From NCBI GenBank assembly GCA_965195345.1, contig OZ239628.1, positions 768,001-832,000 on the forward strand: a stretch of 64,000 bases of DNA. Direction: 5' to 3'. The notes below the pieces were generated by a model. That model saw nothing but the letters and a program-made list of their open reading frames with translations. It did no database searches and was not told where the DNA came from. Made by a program: the position numbers and the translations under genes. Source of the DNA: an uncultured Thiomicrospira sp. GTDB lineage: Bacteria > Pseudomonadota > Gammaproteobacteria > CAKMZV01. Positions within the stretch are counted from its first letter, which is position 1; each line of letters begins with the position of its first letter. Shown one piece after another: positions 59,509 through 64,000 of the stretch.

Positions 59509-62500
59509 ATGAAAATGAACCATTTAAAGTGCTGGGGATTTCTATTATCACTCGTTTTTTTATCTGCCTGTGGCGGTGGGGGTGGCGGCGATTCAACACC
59601 TCCGTCTACTAATACAGCACCAAGTTTAAGTCTCTCTGTCAATGCCCTAATGCTTGATGAAGATTTTGGCACTTTTGTCATCAATACCACTGCAACCGAT
59701 GCAGAAGATGGGACACTGTCCGTAACTGTATCTGGACAGGCTGGTTTGCTAACCACTGATGTCACCACTGGTCGAATTACCCTAACTTCCATTGCCAATG
59801 CTAACGGCACAGCTACACTTACTGTACGTGCTACCGATAGCGGAAACCTCTCTGCTACCACCGAAGTGGTTGTCACCATTAACGCCATCAATGATGCCCC
59901 GACATTTACTCTTGCTACAACAAACATTACTATCGTTGAAAATGCCACTGCTCGTCAAACGATTTCCATTCCCAATGTAGTCGATGTTGACGGAAACGCA
60001 CTGACCTTTTCAGTCATTGCCTCCACTTCTTTATTTAGTACTAACCCAACACCTGTTGTGTCTTTTTCAGATACAAGGGTGATAATCTCCGATACACAAC
60101 CTACAGCTCAACTCTATTACAGCCTACTGCCCGACGTCACAGGCTCTGGCTTCATTCAAATTGCTTTAACAGATGGCATAGAGACCCAACGTACGACCGT
60201 TACTGTTACTGTTACAGAAGTTAGAACTCCACCCCAAATTACCCAAGACTTTAGAACACATCGCTTCTTTGATGCGCGTGCAACGCGTGTAGGCGCTGTT
60301 GGAGGTGTCTTATTTGCAGCACGAGGTGCATTTACTGGATCGACTGAAACAACCTCAACAGATGGTACGGGGAATTTTAGTAATCAATTAAACTTTGTCC
60401 GTTCCTTAGGAGGGAGTTTAGCCGAACTTTACACTGAGGAAACATACAACGCTTTATTGGGTTCTGTTTTGGTTTCCAATGGCACTGCAACAGCAGACTT
60501 TAATGATGATCGTTTTTGGCTTGGACTCACTGATACACCCAATGCTTTTGGCGCTTCTGTGTCAGATCAATCTGCCTCAGTAGAGCGTTATTTTTGGTTG
60601 TCTGGTCAGCGGGTGTCACAAGGATTAGGTATTTCTCGTATAGAAGTTCCAGGAGTGTACATAGGCTGGGGGGCATCCGCCCCAACTGCAAGCAATCAGC
60701 CCTGTGCTAATTTGATTCTTGGTGCCGAAGTATCTGCAGGTCTCAGACCTTGGGCAAGTACTGGGTGCGATGGATCATCATCTGCTACTTTCAATGTGCT
60801 AAAAGCGTTGATGCAGTTCCCAAATGGCTTACCTACTACTTCTTCAATGATTGTTCAAGCGAGGCTCCCAATCACACGTATTCGTTTAAGTGGTTATGAT
60901 CTTGATGGTTCAGATAATACATTGTCTTGGCAAGTTACCGATGCATCTGGTGGTGGTATCACTACTTCCACAGTCTATAGCAGTACTGGCGCACAAACCT
61001 TAGAGATTTCTTACACTCCTGTGAGCGGCTTTTCAGGAACTGCGACCCTTGTTGTAAGCTTAGATGATGGTGATAGTGCTACGCAAAATAGTACTGCCCG
61101 TGTATTGGTGGTTAATAACACACCAACTTTAACACTCTCAACCAATGTTGTCAGCTTAGATGAAGACTTTACCAGCTTCGTCATTAACACCACTGCAACC
61201 GATGCAGCAGGGATAATCGACTTTAGTGTTAGCACAGGAAACGGTATTGTTTTTGTAACCACCTCTGCTAATGCGATTACACTGCAATCACTTTCGAATA
61301 TAAATGGTGCTGTAACCTTAACAGTCGTTGCGGATAGTGGTCTTTTGACAAATACACAGACGATTAGCGTTGTGGTTAATCCAGTTAACGACACTCCCAC
61401 GCTGTCTTTATCTGTGACGCAAAGGGTGCTTGCTCAAAACTTTGGCACTTTCGTCATCAACACCACTGCAACCGATGTGGATTCAGGCCCATTGGGCTTT
61501 AGTGTCAGTACAGGTAATGGCATTGTTAATGTAACAACCTCTGTCAATACGATTACTCTGCAATCACTCGCTAATGTCATAGGCGATGTGACGTTAACGG
61601 TTAGCGTAAGCGATGGACTATTGACGACGACACAGTCCATTTTTATAACCGTTAGTAGACCGTTTACGTTTGAAGTATCGACAAACACTATCGTTTTAGA
61701 TGAAGATTTTAATACCTTCATTATTAACACCACTGCAACGGCTGCAGATGGGACTATATTACCTATTTCAGTGGTGCAGAGCAGTTCTAACCTACTTACA
61801 TTCAGCACTATAACTGGGCGCATTACCCTTTCATCTATTGCGAATGCTAATGGAGTAACAACTCTTACCGTGAGTGCGGCTAATCAAAATGGACTAACGA
61901 ACACGACAGAAGTAGCGATTACCGTTAATTCCGTTAATGACACTCCCACACTCAGCTTATCAACTACAAACTTAACTTTCTCACCTAATGGAACCGGTTT
62001 TATAACTGCTTTTGGTGCGGATGTGGAAACAAGCAGTGCCTCATTGATCTATTCTGTACAACAAAATCCATCTTTGTTGCAGGTGAGTACACCAGGCAAT
62101 GTCATTGTACTGAGAGCGGATGATACTACAGGTTCGACAACTTTAGTGATAACCGTTACTGATGGCGGTGGTTCAAGCGCTTCAGCAACTGCTCGAGTTA
62201 CTGTTCTATCAGGTGTTTTGAATGCTTTGAGCGTAAGTTTAAATGTTAAACGCATTAACTTTTCTTGGAACACACTTCCTACAGCAAACCATTACCGTAT
62301 GCTTAGCAATGTCGATTTGAACGCTGGTGGTGGTTTTGTTGATGCCAGTAGCGCAGGTTTGGTGTTTATACCGAATAGCACGAATATTATCAATACTACA
62401 GTCTCTGCAACAGTGGATGTGGCACGCTATCTTTCTACGGCTGATGGACCACAGTATCTGCTGCAAGCTTGTAGTAGTGTGGACAATTTCGCTTGTTCTA

Positions 62501-63972
62501 ATCTTGCACAACAATCTCTGAGCAATATTCAGTTAGAGGGATTGATTGGTTACTTCAAAGCTTCTAATACGGAAATGGGAGATGAATTTGGTGAGGGTGT
62601 CGCAATAAGTGGTGATGGCAACACATTAGTTGTCGGTGCACCCGGAGAAGATAGCGACGCCACCGGCATCAACGGCGATGAATCAGACAATTCTAGAAGT
62701 AACTCTGGTGCAGCCTATGTTTTCGTGCGCAGTAGTACAGGCAGCTGGCGTCAACAAGCATACCTTAAAGCCTCTGATGCAGCAGATGATGATGGGTTTT
62801 CTTCAAGAGCTGTAACAATAAGCAATGACGGTAATACTATAGTTGTTGGTGCACCACGCAAGGATGTTGCCGCTCCTGGCGGTAGCCCCCAGGGCAACAC
62901 TGGTGCAGCCTATGTTTTCGTGCGCAGTAGTACCGGCAGCTGGCGTCAACAGGCTTTCATCAGCGCTTCTAATCTAAATGCCAATGATCAGTTTGGAACA
63001 GCTGTATCGGTTGCTGCTGATGGTAATACACTCGCTATCGGTGCGCCTTCAAAAACTGTACGTACTATAGATTCTATGGGTCAATCTGTGAGCAGAGCTA
63101 CTGCTGGTACAGCCTATGTTTTTGTACGCAGTAGTACAGATTCATCATGGAGTGAGCAAGCTATATTGACAGCACCTTTTGTAACGAGTTTTGCTTTTTT
63201 TGGTAATGCTGTATCGATGAGTGGTGATGGTAATACCATGGTCGTCGGTGCAGACGGTGACCAAAGTACTGGCACGGGTATCGGCAGTGATGAATCCACC
63301 ATTAATGATTTTGGTACCGGTGCTGCCCATGTTTTTGTACGTAGTAGTACGGGTAGATGGAGTCGGCAAGAATATTTTAAAGCCTCAAATGCAGAAGGTA
63401 CTGATCTCTTTGGTACAGCTGTATCGATGAGCGGTGATGGTAATACCATGGTCGTTGGTGCACCAGGGGAAGACAGCAATGCCACGGGTGTCGACGGGGA
63501 TCAAGCAAATAATGGTAGTGGTGTTAATTCAAATTCTGGTGCAGCCTATGTTTTTGTGCGCAGTAGTACGGGCACATGGACGCAAGAAGCCTATATCAAA
63601 GCCTCAAATACAGGAGATGGTGATGTGTTTGGTTCTGTTCTCTCAATGAGCAATGATGGTAATGCGTTCGTTGTTGGTGCACCAAATGAGGACAGCAATG
63701 CCACGGGAATCAACGGGGGGGAAGCAGGTGGTGCTAATAACGCTGGTGCAGTCTATCTTTTTGTGCGCAGTGGTACGACATGGCGTCAACAAGCCTATAC
63801 CAAAGCCTCAAACACAGGAGCTGATGATGCGTTTGGTGACTCTGTTTCAATAAGCAGTGATGGTAAAACGTTTGCTGTTGGCGCATCTGGCGAAAATGGC
63901 AGCGCCACTGGTATCAATGGCGATCAAACAGACGATAGTCAAGATAACGCTGGTGCAGTGTATTTGTATTAG
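59509..63972 (+). CDS. Lipoprotein adhesin, 1487 aa, recent duplicate of the 54788 gene
   Basis: Near-identical leader, stalk and CTLD at a 4721-bp offset; diverged propeller loops. Confidence 0.95.
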   Translation: MKMNHLKCWGFLLSLVFLSACGGGGGGDSTPPSTNTAPSLSLSVNALMLDEDFGTFVINTTATDAEDGTLSVTVSGQAGLLTTDVTTGRITLTSIANANGTATLTVRATDSGNLSATTEVVVTINAINDAPTFTLATTNITIVENATARQTISIPNVVDVDGNALTFSVIASTSLFSTNPTPVVSFSDTRVIISDTQPTAQLYYSLLPDVTGSGFIQIALTDGIETQRTTVTVTVTEVRTPPQITQDFRTHRFFDARATRVGAVGGVLFAARGAFTGSTETTSTDGTGNFSNQLNFVRSLGGSLAELYTEETYNALLGSVLVSNGTATADFNDDRFWLGLTDTPNAFGASVSDQSASVERYFWLSGQRVSQGLGISRIEVPGVYIGWGASAPTASNQPCANLILGAEVSAGLRPWASTGCDGSSSATFNVLKALMQFPNGLPTTSSMIVQARLPITRIRLSGYDLDGSDNTLSWQVTDASGGGITTSTVYSSTGAQTLEISYTPVSGFSGTATLVVSLDDGDSATQNSTARVLVVNNTPTLTLSTNVVSLDEDFTSFVINTTATDAAGIIDFSVSTGNGIVFVTTSANAITLQSLSNINGAVTLTVVADSGLLTNTQTISVVVNPVNDTPTLSLSVTQRVLAQNFGTFVINTTATDVDSGPLGFSVSTGNGIVNVTTSVNTITLQSLANVIGDVTLTVSVSDGLLTTTQSIFITVSRPFTFEVSTNTIVLDEDFNTFIINTTATAADGTILPISVVQSSSNLLTFSTITGRITLSSIANANGVTTLTVSAANQNGLTNTTEVAITVNSVNDTPTLSLSTTNLTFSPNGTGFITAFGADVETSSASLIYSVQQNPSLLQVSTPGNVIVLRADDTTGSTTLVITVTDGGGSSASATARVTVLSGVLNALSVSLNVKRINFSWNTLPTANHYRMLSNVDLNAGGGFVDASSAGLVFIPNSTNIINTTVSATVDVARYLSTADGPQYLLQACSSVDNFACSNLAQQSLSNIQLEGLIGYFKASNTEMGDEFGEGVAISGDGNTLVVGAPGEDSDATGINGDESDNSRSNSGAAYVFVRSSTGSWRQQAYLKASDAADDDGFSSRAVTISNDGNTIVVGAPRKDVAAPGGSPQGNTGAAYVFVRSSTGSWRQQAFISASNLNANDQFGTAVSVAADGNTLAIGAPSKTVRTIDSMGQSVSRATAGTAYVFVRSSTDSSWSEQAILTAPFVTSFAFFGNAVSMSGDGNTMVVGADGDQSTGTGIGSDESTINDFGTGAAHVFVRSSTGRWSRQEYFKASNAEGTDLFGTAVSMSGDGNTMVVGAPGEDSNATGVDGDQANNGSGVNSNSGAAYVFVRSSTGTWTQEAYIKASNTGDGDVFGSVLSMSNDGNAFVVGAPNEDSNATGINGGEAGGANNAGAVYLFVRSGTTWRQQAYTKASNTGADDAFGDSVSISSDGKTFAVGASGENGSATGINGDQTDDSQDNAGAVYLY
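60370..60823 (+). other. C-type lectin-like domain, copy 7 (approximate bounds)
   Basis: Differs from copy 6 at only a few residues. Confidence 0.75.
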
Positions 63973-64000
63973 AATACGTATATAGCTAAAAGGCAATTAG
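63973..64000 (+). repeat. Start of another conserved spacer; the array probably continues
   Basis: AATACGTATATAGCTAAAAGGCAATTAG matches the 5' ends of other spacers. Confidence 0.8.

Noticed and set aside
380-62514. Dozens of minus-strand ORFs (MVxxPACP.., MVTANRLAS..)
   Set aside because: Antisense shadows of the Thr/Val/Ser-rich repeats. They recur with the repeat period and overlap the large genes almost entirely.
4270-63853. Short + strand out-of-frame ORFs within the propeller regions (..LVQPMFLCAVV..)
   Set aside because: Alternative-frame shadows of FG-GAP repeats with no independent evidence.

Overview
Almost the whole window is a head-to-tail, + strand tandem array of paralogous giant lipoprotein genes: 11 complete, one cut by the left edge, and one disrupted copy. 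The array appears to continue past both edges. Each complete gene encodes a Sec/SPII signal (LSAC plus poly-Gly), a variable-length stalk of ~90-100 aa cadherin/Ig-like repeats (..VNAVNDxP..), an optional internal C-type-lectin-like module (7 copies in 6 genes), a FnIII-like domain, and a C-terminal FG-GAP (integrin-alpha-like) beta-propeller. The propeller always has 7 blades and its loops are hypervariable. Genes are separated by conserved ~220-260 bp spacers carrying hairpins and a putative sigma70 promoter with a 19-bp spacer. The sequence shows module shuffling, out-of-register blade exchange, 282-bp repeat expansion, a recent ~4.7-kb gene duplication and gene death. The only foreign DNA is a ~1.27-kb fragment (truncated ORF, ChrB-like rhodanese, LysE transporter) inserted cleanly into the dead copy without transposase, TIR or TSD. 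The locus looks like a recombination-diversified surface adhesin/receptor repertoire, probably of a Gram-negative bacterium (inference). No RNA genes, CRISPR or recombinase genes were seen.
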